In this document: one piece after another, positions 32,781 through 42,739 of the stretch
Numbering within the stretch: position 1 is the first letter of the stretch
Layout of the letters: every line of letters begins with the position of its first letter
Origin: an uncultured Acidobacteriota bacterium
GTDB taxonomy: Bacteria; Acidobacteriota; UBA6911; RPQK01; JAPXNP01
Direction of reading: 5' to 3'
Assembly (NCBI GenBank): GCA_963777605.1
Contig: CAVZRV010000028.1
Span: 128,001 to 192,000 of the forward strand
DNA: 64,000 nucleotides
The notes under the pieces: model-generated
Seen by the model: only the letters and a program-made list of their open reading frames with translations
Told to the model about the DNA's origin: nothing
Database searches by the model: none
Program-made: the position numbers and the translations under genes

Positions 32781-33902
32781 GTGAAAAAGATCAGTTTTCC
32801 GGTTCGTGCCGGCTTTCGTCAGCGGCTCAATCAACGAGTGAACCAGCATTTCGACCGGAGAGGCGTTCCCAGGACCGGTGACTGGAGAATGTTCTTGAAA
32901 ACCGGGATCATTCTGACCTGGCTTGCTACTTCGTATATTCTGCTGGTCTTCTACGCGAACTCTCTAGCGTCGGGAATCGTTGCAGCCCTTGCTGTAGCCG
33001 CAGGAATTGTGCTGGTGGGCTTTAATCTCATGCACGATGGAGCGCACGACAGTTATTCCGCTAATAAGAAGATCAATCGCATGGCGGCCTGGACTCTCGA
33101 TTTTATTGGTGGCAGCCAGATGCTCTGGCGTCAGAAACACAACATCCTTCACCATACTTACACCAATATTGCAGGCGCCGACGATGATCTCAACACCTCT
33201 GGGCTGCTGCGCCTGAGCCCAGACCAATCATGGCGCCCCTGGCACCGGTTTCAACACCTCTACGCGCCCGCCCTGTACAGCTTGCTGACGATCAACTGGG
33301 TTTTCTATAGCGATTTCCGAAAGTTCTTCACGGGGCGAATCGGTGATTACAGACTCAGGAAACCATCAGCGAGGGAAACCCTGTCCTTTTTTTCCGCCAA
33401 GGGCTTGTACTTCGGGTACGCCATCGTTCTTCCATTACTTATTCACGACCTCATGGTGACCCTCTTCTTCTTCATCTTCGTCCACCTGGTAGCTGGATTG
33501 ATCTTCTCTGTGGTTTTCCAACTCGCTCATACAGTCGATGACAACGCATTCCCTGCAGCAGATCCGCGAACCGGTTTCATAGAATCTGAGTGGTCGATTC
33601 ACGAGGTTGAAACGACAGCAAATTTCGCGACGCAAAACAGGTTCCTCAGCTGGGTTTGTGGTGGATTGAACTTTCAAATCGAACACCACCTATTGCCCAG
33701 GGTGTGCCACATCCACTACCCAGCCCTCAGCCATTTCGTACGTGAAACCTGTGGTGAGTTCCAGATCCGGTACACGTGCTACGCCACTGTACGATCCGCC
33801 CTTATGATGCACTTCCGCTTCCTGAAGAAGCTCGGCAAACCGGCGGCCGCGGCTGAATTTCCTGGTTCGGAAAACTTACACAAAATGGCGGAACCACGTT
33901 AA
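32781..33902 (+). CDS. Membrane fatty acid (acyl-CoA) desaturase
   Basis: His boxes HDGAH, HNILHH, QIEHH. Confidence 0.92.
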   Translation: MKKISFPVRAGFRQRLNQRVNQHFDRRGVPRTGDWRMFLKTGIILTWLATSYILLVFYANSLASGIVAALAVAAGIVLVGFNLMHDGAHDSYSANKKINRMAAWTLDFIGGSQMLWRQKHNILHHTYTNIAGADDDLNTSGLLRLSPDQSWRPWHRFQHLYAPALYSLLTINWVFYSDFRKFFTGRIGDYRLRKPSARETLSFFSAKGLYFGYAIVLPLLIHDLMVTLFFFIFVHLVAGLIFSVVFQLAHTVDDNAFPAADPRTGFIESEWSIHEVETTANFATQNRFLSWVCGGLNFQIEHHLLPRVCHIHYPALSHFVRETCGEFQIRYTCYATVRSALMMHFRFLKKLGKPAAAAEFPGSENLHKMAEPR

Positions 33903-33972
33903 GTCTATGCCAGAACAGGCATTGGGCACAGGGAAGGCAACTTGGCCCAGGTCTTGGTGAGAAGGAGTTGTG

Positions 33973-33999
33973 AAGGGGCCAACCGACTTGAGGCCCCTT
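33973..33999. terminator. Hairpin between convergent desaturase and RRM genes
   Basis: AAGGGGCC-11 nt-GGCCCCTT; weak U-tract. Confidence 0.45.
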
Positions 34000-34019
34000 G
34001 CATTAGAAAGGACTAACGA

Positions 34020-34346
34020 CTACCAGCGGTTCCGACCGCCACCGCCGCCGCCGCCGTATCCGCCCCTGCCACCGCCGCCGCCGCCGTCACGCGGAGCCTG
34101 CGGTTTGGCTTCATTCACTGTCAACGACCGGCCTTCGAGGTTGGTTCCGTTGACCTTGTCGATCGCAGCCTGGGCTTCCGCCTGGGAACTCATCTCGACA
34201 AAACCGAAACCCTTTGAGCGACCCGTCATTCGGTCCGTAATCACCCGAGCCGATTCGACCGTGCCGTGCTCCGTGAAGAGATCTTCCAACTGCTTGTCAG
34301 AAATGGAATAGGGCAAGCCGCCCACGTAAAGTTTCTTACCGTTCAT
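34020..34346 (-). CDS. RRM RNA-binding protein with Gly-rich tail
   Basis: RNP2 LYVGGL, RNP1 KGFGFVEM, VNEAKP; AGGAG RBS. Confidence 0.95.
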   Translation of the reverse strand: MNGKKLYVGGLPYSISDKQLEDLFTEHGTVESARVITDRMTGRSKGFGFVEMSSQAEAQAAIDKVNGTNLEGRSLTVNEAKPQAPRDGGGGGGRGGYGGGGGGGRNRW

Positions 34347-34551
34347 GTTCTTCTCCTAATTAACGTTCTTGCCATGCACCCTGGATGGTGACCGCGAAAG
34401 AAGCAGAACATGGATAGGCTGGTCGGCGAATGCCACGATCTGGTCGGTTGATTCTCTGGAGTCTTTCGCAAGGTGAGGATAGTGAGGTCATCGTAATTTG
34501 ATTCTTTAAATAGAGCTTCTCCGTGAGACCTCTAACCGAATAAGCGAGGTC

Positions 34552-34581
34552 AGCTTAACACTTTTCTTCAGCCGATTGCAA
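34552..34581 (-). promoter_or_regulatory. Candidate sigma70 promoter for the RRM gene
   Basis: TTGCAA, 18-bp spacer, TAAGCT with extended TGn. Confidence 0.45.
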
Positions 34582-34936
34582 GCGCTTTCTTCGGCCGAAT
34601 GCAAACACAGGATCGCGCGCGGTCCCAGTGGCAGGCCGGGCAACTCATGGGCTTAGCCGCCCCGATGCGGGTCGGCGCTTGGGACGCCTCATTTCTCTTG
34701 GTTCCAGTTCCTGGGCTCGACGATTCTTTCCCATCCATGCCTCGATTCAGAACCTGTTTCGAGCGGGCGCCATCTCACCAGAGGTGCTTTGCGTCTCCGC
34801 CTCCAACCGCCGGTCCCGGCCCCTCCTGCCCAATTAACTGTTGACATCCAGTTCCACGCTGTCTAATGTCTTGTCAATACTTCTCTCCAATTTAATGTCT
34901 CGTGCAATACATTCGTTTTGCTGGGAGGAACCGGGA

Positions 34937-36619
34937 ATGCTTCGAAAACTCCTTGTGGCGCTGCCCGTCATTGCTTGGACTCTTTGTTCTTCGGCGCCTG
35001 CAGCCGACAGGATTGTCTATCCACAGGCTGCGGTCGGACCTCTGACAGGAGGTTCCTTTCAGATCGAACTGCGAGTCGGCAATACTCAAAGCGACAAGCC
35101 CTGGACTGGAACGGTCCGGCTGCTCGGCCAGCAAAACCTGAGCGGCATGGGCAATCTCACGGTCCGGCGTGGCGATGGTTCCCCGGTTTCGGTTTCGAAC
35201 GGGGCATTTGGAATCGATCTGCCTCCGGATCGGTCCCTGCTTTTTCGAATTTCAAGTACCCAACTACAGGTTGGAGTTTTGGTGATCGAGCCTTCGGGCT
35301 CTGACCTGGATTCTCTGAGTGCCGCTTTCTACTACCGGCTCGTCAATGCACAGGGAATTGGCACCGATCTGATCGCAGTCGACGGAGCCAGGGAAGCTCA
35401 TACCGGCTACCAGGTCATGATATCCACGGTTCCAAGCTTCAACGTCGGTGCCGCCATCGTCTCGGAAAAGGCGCTCGACGGATCGAATACGAGCCCATTG
35501 ACGGTGAACCTGACGGCGATTCTCGATAATGGAAGCGAGCGGGCAGCCTCGATCGTTCTGGGCGGTTCGGAAGCGCTCCAGAAGGCGCTCTTCCCCGACG
35601 CGGTAATTCCCGGACTTCCGAGCGGCGCGGAAGTCGCGCAACTCCGGATCCAGGCCGATGAGGCGCTTTACGTCGCGACGCTGGCGGTCGGCGCCCCTCC
35701 CGAGTTTGCCGGCGTGCAGATTGGAGCCGCCCCCGCCGATCCCTTCGTTTCCGTACCCTTCACTAATTTGACGGTGGATGCCCAGGACAGGGCGGACGTC
35801 GTGGCCTTTTTCCATCGATTCTACGCTGCGTCCGACGGGGTCGCGGTTGGCTGGGACGGGAACGAAGCCGCCTGTACCCCGGGGACTTCCTCCAGCGCGT
35901 TCAAGGAGGCGATCCTCCGGCGGATCAACTTTTTCCGTGCGATGGCCGGAGTGCCCGCCGATATCGTTTTTGACTCCGCCCTGAGTGCCAAGTGTCAGGA
36001 CATGGCGCTCATGATAGTCGCCGAAAACCGCTCGTCACATTTCCCGGACTCATCGTGGACCTGTTACACGGCCGATGGCGCGGAAGCCGCCGGCAAGTCG
36101 AACCTCTTTTATCTTTTCGGATCGCAGACTCCGTCGGCGACATCGATTGTCGACGGGTTCATTCAGGACCCTGGTGACGGGAATTTCGCCGTAGGCCACC
36201 GCCGTTGGCTTCTCTACCCACGCCAGCAGGTGATGGGGAGCGGTACCGCGCAGACCGCGCAGGACAGCGCTAACGTGATCTGGGTAATCGGCGATTTTGC
36301 GTCCGGACCGAAGGTTCGGTCGCCCTGGCCGCCTGCCGGCTTCGTCCCGTACCAGCTCGTGTTCCCAAGGTGGTCTTTCTCTTTTCCCGACGCGGACTTC
36401 AGTGCTGCTTCCGTCACAATGTCGCGAAATGGACAGCCAGTGTCTCTCGCGCTCGAAACCTTGAGCCAGGGATTCGGCGACAACACCATCGTGTGGGTGC
36501 CCAATATCGTCTACGAAGCGCCTTCATCCGACGTTGCCTACGAGGTGCAGATCACTGGAGTACTGATCAATGGCTCTCCACAGGATTTCTCCTATACGGT
36601 TGTTCTGATCAACCCTTAG
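34937..36619 (+). CDS. Secreted protein with C-terminal CAP/SCP domain
   Basis: GGAGG RBS and signal peptide; RINFFRAMAG, SH, SNL and GHRRWLL CAP motifs. Confidence 0.8.
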   Translation: MLRKLLVALPVIAWTLCSSAPAADRIVYPQAAVGPLTGGSFQIELRVGNTQSDKPWTGTVRLLGQQNLSGMGNLTVRRGDGSPVSVSNGAFGIDLPPDRSLLFRISSTQLQVGVLVIEPSGSDLDSLSAAFYYRLVNAQGIGTDLIAVDGAREAHTGYQVMISTVPSFNVGAAIVSEKALDGSNTSPLTVNLTAILDNGSERAASIVLGGSEALQKALFPDAVIPGLPSGAEVAQLRIQADEALYVATLAVGAPPEFAGVQIGAAPADPFVSVPFTNLTVDAQDRADVVAFFHRFYAASDGVAVGWDGNEAACTPGTSSSAFKEAILRRINFFRAMAGVPADIVFDSALSAKCQDMALMIVAENRSSHFPDSSWTCYTADGAEAAGKSNLFYLFGSQTPSATSIVDGFIQDPGDGNFAVGHRRWLLYPRQQVMGSGTAQTAQDSANVIWVIGDFASGPKVRSPWPPAGFVPYQLVFPRWSFSFPDADFSAASVTMSRNGQPVSLALETLSQGFGDNTIVWVPNIVYEAPSSDVAYEVQITGVLINGSPQDFSYTVVLINP

Positions 36620-36943
36620 CAGTGTCCCTCTCACTGGAGACTTTCCGCGACGGCTTCGCTTGGAGGACTGTCAAGTTCAGTGCTGATCCGAGTGAAAGAC
36701 AAGATGAGGAGTGCGCCAGGATATTCCCGCCACTGATTCCCTGCCCTTATCCCGAGTCAGGCGTTCTGGCTCTCCGACCGATTCTTCCATCAGCTACGTT
36801 CCGGTAACCAGCTCACTCGTCCCGTTGCCGCTGTGAGCAGTTTTGACCGAAGGGGAGAGCCTTACTGAACTGACGCCCGAAGAGGGTCTCTGTAGTATCG
36901 GAAATAACGTTAATAGTTTTGTGCAGTTCAAGGAGTATCGACG

Positions 36944-37093
36944 ATGTTATTTACAATCGTATTGGTTTTGTTGGCTTTATGGCTTCTAGGTTTTTCCATG
37001 TCAGTGGGAGGTTCGTTCATTCACGCCCTCCTGGTCATTGCAGTCGTCCTGTTTCTCATCAATATGGTGGGCGGCCGTCGAGGGTGGGCCTAG
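36944..37093 (+). CDS. lmo0937-family small membrane protein (49 aa; absent from the ORF track)
   Basis: AGGAG RBS; MLFTIVLVLLALWLLGFSMSVGGSFIHALLVIAVVLFLINMVGGRRGWA. Confidence 0.85.
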   Translation: MLFTIVLVLLALWLLGFSMSVGGSFIHALLVIAVVLFLINMVGGRRGWA

Positions 37094-37432
37094 GCTCCTG
37101 TCGGCGGTTCACGAGAAGCCTGCCGCCTGGTGAAACGACGCAATCAAAGCAGACAAGTTCCTTGTCCTCGCTCACGGCACGGCTGATGAGGTCACCCGTG
37201 CCAGTGACACCATTCGGACCACCCCTCCTTTGGAGGTTGCGACACACGACTTCAAAACCAGGAAGGCAAGTGGTCGCGACACCCTGATTGCTTCGTGAGG
37301 GGAGCGTGCTCAGAGTACCCGCTCCCCCTCCTGCTCGAGTCAATTCGCAACCGCACCCCGGGAAACCTTGGAAGCGCGAAAGCTCCCCGAACAGGAGTGC
37401 GGGCATGGTGAGTAATGAGGAGAAAAGCTGAG

Positions 37433-38845
37433 ATGGGCAAGACCAACGGCAATGCGGAGCGGTCCGACGCGCTCGTACTCTTCGGTGTGACGGGCGATCT
37501 TGCCCGCAAGATGACCTTCCCGGCACTCTATGGGATGGCAAAACGAGGCATACTGACGGTTCCCGTCATCGGCGTCGCTTTACCGAAGTGGAGTCTGGCC
37601 CAGCTGCGCAATCACGCGAAGGACAGCATCGAGCGATCGGGCGGAATCGATGACCAGCCCGCCCTCGACCATCTTCTGTCCCTGCTCAAGTACGTCAGTG
37701 GGGACTATAAAGACCCGGACACGTTCACGGCGCTAAGAAAGGCGCTGGGTAGTTCCCGGCGCCCGGCGCACTATCTCGCCATCCCGCCCTCGCTCTTTGC
37801 GACGGTCATCCAGGGGCTCGGCGCCGCGGGCTTGGCCGACCACGCGCGAGTCATTGTCGAAAAGCCGTTCGGACGCGACCTGGCGTCCGCCCGGGAACTC
37901 AACCGCATCGCGCGGTCCGTCTTCCCGGAAGACTCGATTTTCCGCATCGACCACTTCCTGGGGAAGGAAGCGATCATGAATATCCTCTATTTCCGCTTCG
38001 CCAATTCTTTCCTGGAGCCGATCTGGAACCGCAATTGCGTCGCCGACGTTCAGATCACCCTGTCCGAGGATTTCGGAGTGGAGAGCCGGGGCTCATTTTA
38101 CGAATCCGCCGGCTGCCTGCGCGACGTCATTCAAAACCACCTTTTCCAGATCGTCGCGCTGCTTGCGATGGAACCGCCGGCCACCAGGGACTATGGAGCC
38201 GTACATATAGAGAAAAACAAGGTCTTCCAAGCCATGCGCCCTCTGAACCCAGACGATCTGGTGCGGGGCCAGTACACGGGCTACCGGAAGGAGACGGGCG
38301 TGGCGAAGCGCTCCGACGTCGAAACTTTTTGCGCCCTGCGACTTTTCATCGACTCGTGGCGCTGGGAGGGGGTGCCATGGTACCTGCGCTCGGGCAAGTT
38401 TCTGGCGGAAACGGCGGCCGAGGTTCTGGTGGAGCTGAAGCCGCCGCCGCAGAGGCTGTTCGCCGACTCAGCACCCGAGAACGGGCGACCTAACTATCTG
38501 CGTTTTCGGCTCTCCCCCAGTTCTGCCGTCGCCCTTGCGGCTCGCGTCAAGCGCGCAGGGAAGGAGTTCATCGGTGACCAGCGAGAGCTCTACCTGCTTG
38601 AAGAGCAGGCGGGAGCGGAAGCGCCCTACGAGCGGCTTTTAGGCGATGCCATAGCCGGCGACGGAGCCCTGTTCGCCCGCGAGGCTGCGGTGGAGGCCGC
38701 ATGGGCGGTGGTCGACCCGGTCCTGAAGACCCACCACAAGGTTCGATCCTACAAGCGAGGCAGCTGGGGGCCGGATGAGGCTGATGCCCTGATCGCAGCA
38801 GACGGCTACTGGCACAATCCTAAACCGGAACAGACAGGACCATGA
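37433..38845 (+). CDS. zwf: Glucose-6-phosphate dehydrogenase
   Basis: [36 protein letters not shown]. Confidence 0.96.
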   Translation: MGKTNGNAERSDALVLFGVTGDLARKMTFPALYGMAKRGILTVPVIGVALPKWSLAQLRNHAKDSIERSGGIDDQPALDHLLSLLKYVSGDYKDPDTFTALRKALGSSRRPAHYLAIPPSLFATVIQGLGAAGLADHARVIVEKPFGRDLASARELNRIARSVFPEDSIFRIDHFLGKEAIMNILYFRFANSFLEPIWNRNCVADVQITLSEDFGVESRGSFYESAGCLRDVIQNHLFQIVALLAMEPPATRDYGAVHIEKNKVFQAMRPLNPDDLVRGQYTGYRKETGVAKRSDVETFCALRLFIDSWRWEGVPWYLRSGKFLAETAAEVLVELKPPPQRLFADSAPENGRPNYLRFRLSPSSAVALAARVKRAGKEFIGDQRELYLLEEQAGAEAPYERLLGDAIAGDGALFAREAAVEAAWAVVDPVLKTHHKVRSYKRGSWGPDEADALIAADGYWHNPKPEQTGP

Positions 38846-39513
38846 CAGCCCCCCCAAAGGTCGTATTCCTACTCGACGTGGATAACACCCTGCTCGATAA
38901 CGATCTCATCCAAGACGACCTTAAGAACCATCTTGAGCGTGAGTTCGGACCCGAGAGCCGGGACCGGTACTGGGCGACATTCGAGGCGTTGCGCGTCGAA
39001 CTGGGCTATGCAGACTACCTGGGCGCCCTGCAACGCTACCGGCTGGGAGACTTGAACGACCCGCGCCTGTTGCTCATGTCCTCCTATCTCGTGGACTACC
39101 CCTTTGGGGAGCGGCTCTATCCCAACGCGCTTGATGTCATTCGGCATTTTCGCAAATGGGGCCCGACGGTCATCCTGTCGGATGGCGACGTGGTCTTCCA
39201 GCCACGCAAGGTCCAACGCTCAGGGCTGTGGGATGCGGTCGAGGGCAGGGTGCTGATCTACATCCACAAGGAGCAGATGCTGGATGCCGTCTTAAAGCGG
39301 TACCCGGCCGGACATCACGTCATGGTGGACGACAAGCTGCGCATTCTGGCGGCTATGAAAGATGTCCTGGGGGACCGACTGACCACTGTCTTTCCACGCC
39401 AGGGACATTACGCGCTGGATCCAAAGAACGTCACTGCCTATCCGCCGGCTGACAGAACGGTCGAGCGCATTGGCGAACTGCTCAACTATGATCTGCCCGC
39501 CCTGCTCGGTTGA
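38842..39513 (+). CDS. HAD-family hydrolase
   Basis: DVDNTL, LSDGD, VDDK; ATGA overlap with zwf. Confidence 0.88.
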   Translation: MTAPPKVVFLLDVDNTLLDNDLIQDDLKNHLEREFGPESRDRYWATFEALRVELGYADYLGALQRYRLGDLNDPRLLLMSSYLVDYPFGERLYPNALDVIRHFRKWGPTVILSDGDVVFQPRKVQRSGLWDAVEGRVLIYIHKEQMLDAVLKRYPAGHHVMVDDKLRILAAMKDVLGDRLTTVFPRQGHYALDPKNVTAYPPADRTVERIGELLNYDLPALLG

Positions 39514-39540
39514 GGGCGGATGTGCGGGATAGGAGGCACC

Positions 39541-40674
39541 ATGAAGAGTACGCAGCAACTGCACGATCTCGGACAAAGTGTTTGGCTCGACAACATCACC
39601 CGCGGACTGCTGACGAGCGGCACGCTGCGCCGTTACATTGAGGAATTTTCAGTGACAGGACTAACCTCCAACCCCACGATCTTCGATAAAGCCATCAAGG
39701 ACGCGGGTCACTACGACGATGCCATTCATCAGAAAACTGCCGCGGGCAAATCGGACGAAGCGTTGTTCTTCGAACTTGCCCTGGAGGATTTAACCCGAGC
39801 CGCTGATCTTCTGCGCCCGGTCCACTCCGCCACCGGCGGAATTGACGGATGGGTATCGCTGGAGGTGTCTCCGTTGCTGGCGGACGACACGGCCGGAACC
39901 ATCAAGGCCGCGGCCGAACTTCATGAGCGCGCACAACGCCCCAATCTTTTCATCAAGATTCCGGGCACCCGCGAAGGCCTTCCCGCGATCGAGGAGACCA
40001 TCTTCGCGGGCGTGCCGGTAAATGTCACGCTGCTGTTCTCCCGCGAGCAGTACCTCGCAGCGGCCGAGGCCTATATGCGCGGAATCACCCGGCGGATAGA
40101 CGCCGGCCTCGACCCGAAGGTCAATTCCGTGGCATCGATTTTCGTCAGCCGCTGGGACGTGGCGGTGAAGGACAAGGTTCCGGGGGTGCTTCGCAACCGC
40201 CTCGGGATCGCGATTGCCACACGCACGTACGCAGCCTACCGCGATCTGCTGGCCTCGTCCCGCTGGCGGAAACTCGCTGACGGCGGCGCGCGGCCGCAAC
40301 GTCTGCTATGGGCCAGCACCGGCACCAAGGATCCTGACGCCTCAGACACCCTTTACATCGAGGCGCTCGCGGCTCCGGACACAATCAACACCCTGCCCGA
40401 AAAGACGCTGCTCGCCTTCGCCGATCACGGGAATCTGAAAAGTGAATTGCCGGCAGATGGCGGCGAGGCCGAAGCACTGCTCGCCGAGTTCACGGGCGCA
40501 GGGGTTGATGATGCCGCGCTTGCCGCCGAACTCCAGCGCGAAGGCACACGGTCGTTCGAAGAGTCTTGGAACGATCTGATGGCTTGCATCGCATCAAAAA
40601 GCGCCGTGCTCGAGGAGCCCGCTCACGTTGTCGCCGCGGCCAGGGAACAAATAGCACGCCACGCCGCCAAGTAG
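39541..40674 (+). CDS. tal: Transaldolase
   Basis: GQSVWLD, GLTSNPTIF, IKIPGT, NVTLLFS, QRLLWASTGTK. Confidence 0.95.
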   Translation: MKSTQQLHDLGQSVWLDNITRGLLTSGTLRRYIEEFSVTGLTSNPTIFDKAIKDAGHYDDAIHQKTAAGKSDEALFFELALEDLTRAADLLRPVHSATGGIDGWVSLEVSPLLADDTAGTIKAAAELHERAQRPNLFIKIPGTREGLPAIEETIFAGVPVNVTLLFSREQYLAAAEAYMRGITRRIDAGLDPKVNSVASIFVSRWDVAVKDKVPGVLRNRLGIAIATRTYAAYRDLLASSRWRKLADGGARPQRLLWASTGTKDPDASDTLYIEALAAPDTINTLPEKTLLAFADHGNLKSELPADGGEAEALLAEFTGAGVDDAALAAELQREGTRSFEESWNDLMACIASKSAVLEEPAHVVAAAREQIARHAAK

Positions 40675-41222
40675 GGGGCCTGGTACCGGACCAATCAGTG
40701 GAGACGCAGAATGAGTAGCCCGGAAGATACGGCAACAAGAATCAGTCCTTTGGCGGGGAAACCCGCCGAAGCATCGATGCTGGTCAACGTACCGAAACTT
40801 GTCACTGCCTACTACACCGAGGCCCCGGACCCGTCGGTGCCCGGGCAACGAGTCGCGTTCGGCACTTCGGGACATCGCGGTTCCGCGTTCGACAACAGCT
40901 TCAACGAAGGGCACGTCCTTGCCATCAGCCAGGCCATTTGCCGTTACCGCAAGCAGCAGCACATCAACGGCCCGCTGTTTCTGGGCCTCGACACCCACGC
41001 ACTCTCCGTGCCTGCCGGCGCCAGCGCGCTCGAAGTGCTGGCGGCCAACGGCGTGGAAGTCTTGATTGCCGAAAACGATGAATATACTCCCACCCCCGCG
41101 GTTTCTCACGCGATACTCACCTACAACCGGGGGCGCAAGACAGGGCTCGCCGACGGTGTCAATCACCAAGGTAATTCCCCCACCCGTTTACCACCGTAAT
41201 GTTCCCATTTGGATAAGCCACA

Positions 41223-41975
41223 TCATCTCGTCTCTTTGGTTTTGGCCGGTTCTGCTGGCGCAAACTTTGCGCAGGCACGCTCTCTGTCTGGGGCGGGATT
41301 CGTGCCCTGCGTCTGCACCCAACGCTGCTTGAGCCTTTGTACCTGGAGGCGGTTAAAGGCGCAGTACTCGGGGGATACGCCGACCTGCGCGATCTCCTGG
41401 AGGATGTCGGTGAAGTAGTGCAGGCTGCCGATCGGGGCACTGGCTTGCCCGTTGAGCCAGGAGACATACTTGCGGCCGCAGCCGATCAGGATGGCCTGCT
41501 GCACCAGCGTGATGGGGGTCGTCTGTCGGAACCACTGGCGTGCCAGTCGACGTTCCGCGGCTCCGAGGGCGAAACGAATGCAAGGTTGATCAAGCAGCGT
41601 GGTTCGGATGGCCTCGAGGTACTGCCGCTCCTGTGGGCTTTCCCCAGCTGCGGGGTCCGAGTGACGCTGATAAGGCCAGTACTCCTCCGAGACCTCGAGG
41701 ATGCCGTCGGTATGCTGATTCGGAGCCGACGATCGACGGCAGACTCCGCTTCGTTCCAGTTCCTCCAGATAAGTGCCGATCGAGCGGCGGGACTTGCCGA
41801 GCGCACGGGCCAGTTCGGCCTGCCGGAAGGAGAGTCGTCCGGAGTTGCGTTCGGCCTGAAGCGAGACCCAAACGAAGAGCTTGAAGGCTCCGTCGGAGAG
41901 TCGGTCGAGCGCCAGCCGCCACTCGCTTCCCGCCGCAAACCAGCCGTTCGAGTGCTTGAGTTGAAGGGTGCTCAT
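41223..41975 (-). CDS. IS21 third gene: winged-HTH plus DnaD-like helical domain (replication-initiator-like)
   Basis: ATGA overlap with istB; 'LSDGAFKLFVWV...QAELARALGKSRRSIGTYLEELERSG' wHTH; 'LVQQAI...SLHYFTDILQE' resembles DnaD/DnaB_2. Confidence 0.65.
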   Translation of the reverse strand: MSTLQLKHSNGWFAAGSEWRLALDRLSDGAFKLFVWVSLQAERNSGRLSFRQAELARALGKSRRSIGTYLEELERSGVCRRSSAPNQHTDGILEVSEEYWPYQRHSDPAAGESPQERQYLEAIRTTLLDQPCIRFALGAAERRLARQWFRQTTPITLVQQAILIGCGRKYVSWLNGQASAPIGSLHYFTDILQEIAQVGVSPEYCAFNRLQVQRLKQRWVQTQGTNPAPDRERACAKFAPAEPAKTKETR

Positions 41976-42739
41976 GAGGTTCCCTCCTTGTCGGATGGGC
42001 CCTTCGGGCGGCGTTGGTGCTTGCGATAGGATTCCCCTTCCCAGTAGATCTGGTGGGCGTTGTGGCAGAGGCGATCGAGCAGCGAGTTGGCCTGCAGAGG
42101 ATCGGGAAACAGGCCGGCCCATTCCTCGACGCTTCGATTGCTGGTCAGGATCAGCGAGCCCTTCAGGTAGCGTTCATAGACGAGCTCGTAGAGGTCGTCG
42201 GCCTGGGTTTCGGTCAAAGGCTTGAGTCCAAAATCGTCAAGGATCAGGCACTCGGGCGAAGCGTATTGCTTGAAGATCCGATCGCGAGAGCAGTCGGCCC
42301 GGGCGGCCTCGAGCGAGCGAAACAGTCGGGCCGCCGTCACATAGCGGACGTCGTAGTCTCGGCGCACGGCCTCGTGACCCAGGGCCAGGGCGAGATGACT
42401 CTTGCCGACGCCCACCGGCCCGCACAGAAAGACGCTTTCCCGTTTCTCCACGAAACGGCAGGTGGCCAGATCGTACAGGCGTCGGCGAGGGATCTTGGGA
42501 TTGAAGGGGAAGTCGAACTCCTCGAGCGTCTTGATCTCCGGGAAAGCGGCTTTGCGCAGCCGACGGGCAAACTTCGTCTGGCAGCGCCGTTCCAGCTCGT
42601 CCTGGACCAACAGATCCAGAAAATCGCGATAGCCGAGCTGCTCCTGTTCGGCCTGGGCCAAGCGAATCTCCAGGGTCTCGGCCAATCCTCCCAGGCGCAA
42701 GTTCTTCAGTCTTTCGACCAGATGGTGAGCGTGGCTCAT
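41972..42739 (-). CDS. istB: IS21 AAA+ ATPase helper
   Basis: KTLEEFDF, Walker A GPVGVGKS, Walker B LILDDFG, TSN, LDRL. Confidence 0.95.
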   Translation of the reverse strand: MSHAHHLVERLKNLRLGGLAETLEIRLAQAEQEQLGYRDFLDLLVQDELERRCQTKFARRLRKAAFPEIKTLEEFDFPFNPKIPRRRLYDLATCRFVEKRESVFLCGPVGVGKSHLALALGHEAVRRDYDVRYVTAARLFRSLEAARADCSRDRIFKQYASPECLILDDFGLKPLTETQADDLYELVYERYLKGSLILTSNRSVEEWAGLFPDPLQANSLLDRLCHNAHQIYWEGESYRKHQRRPKGPSDKEGTS

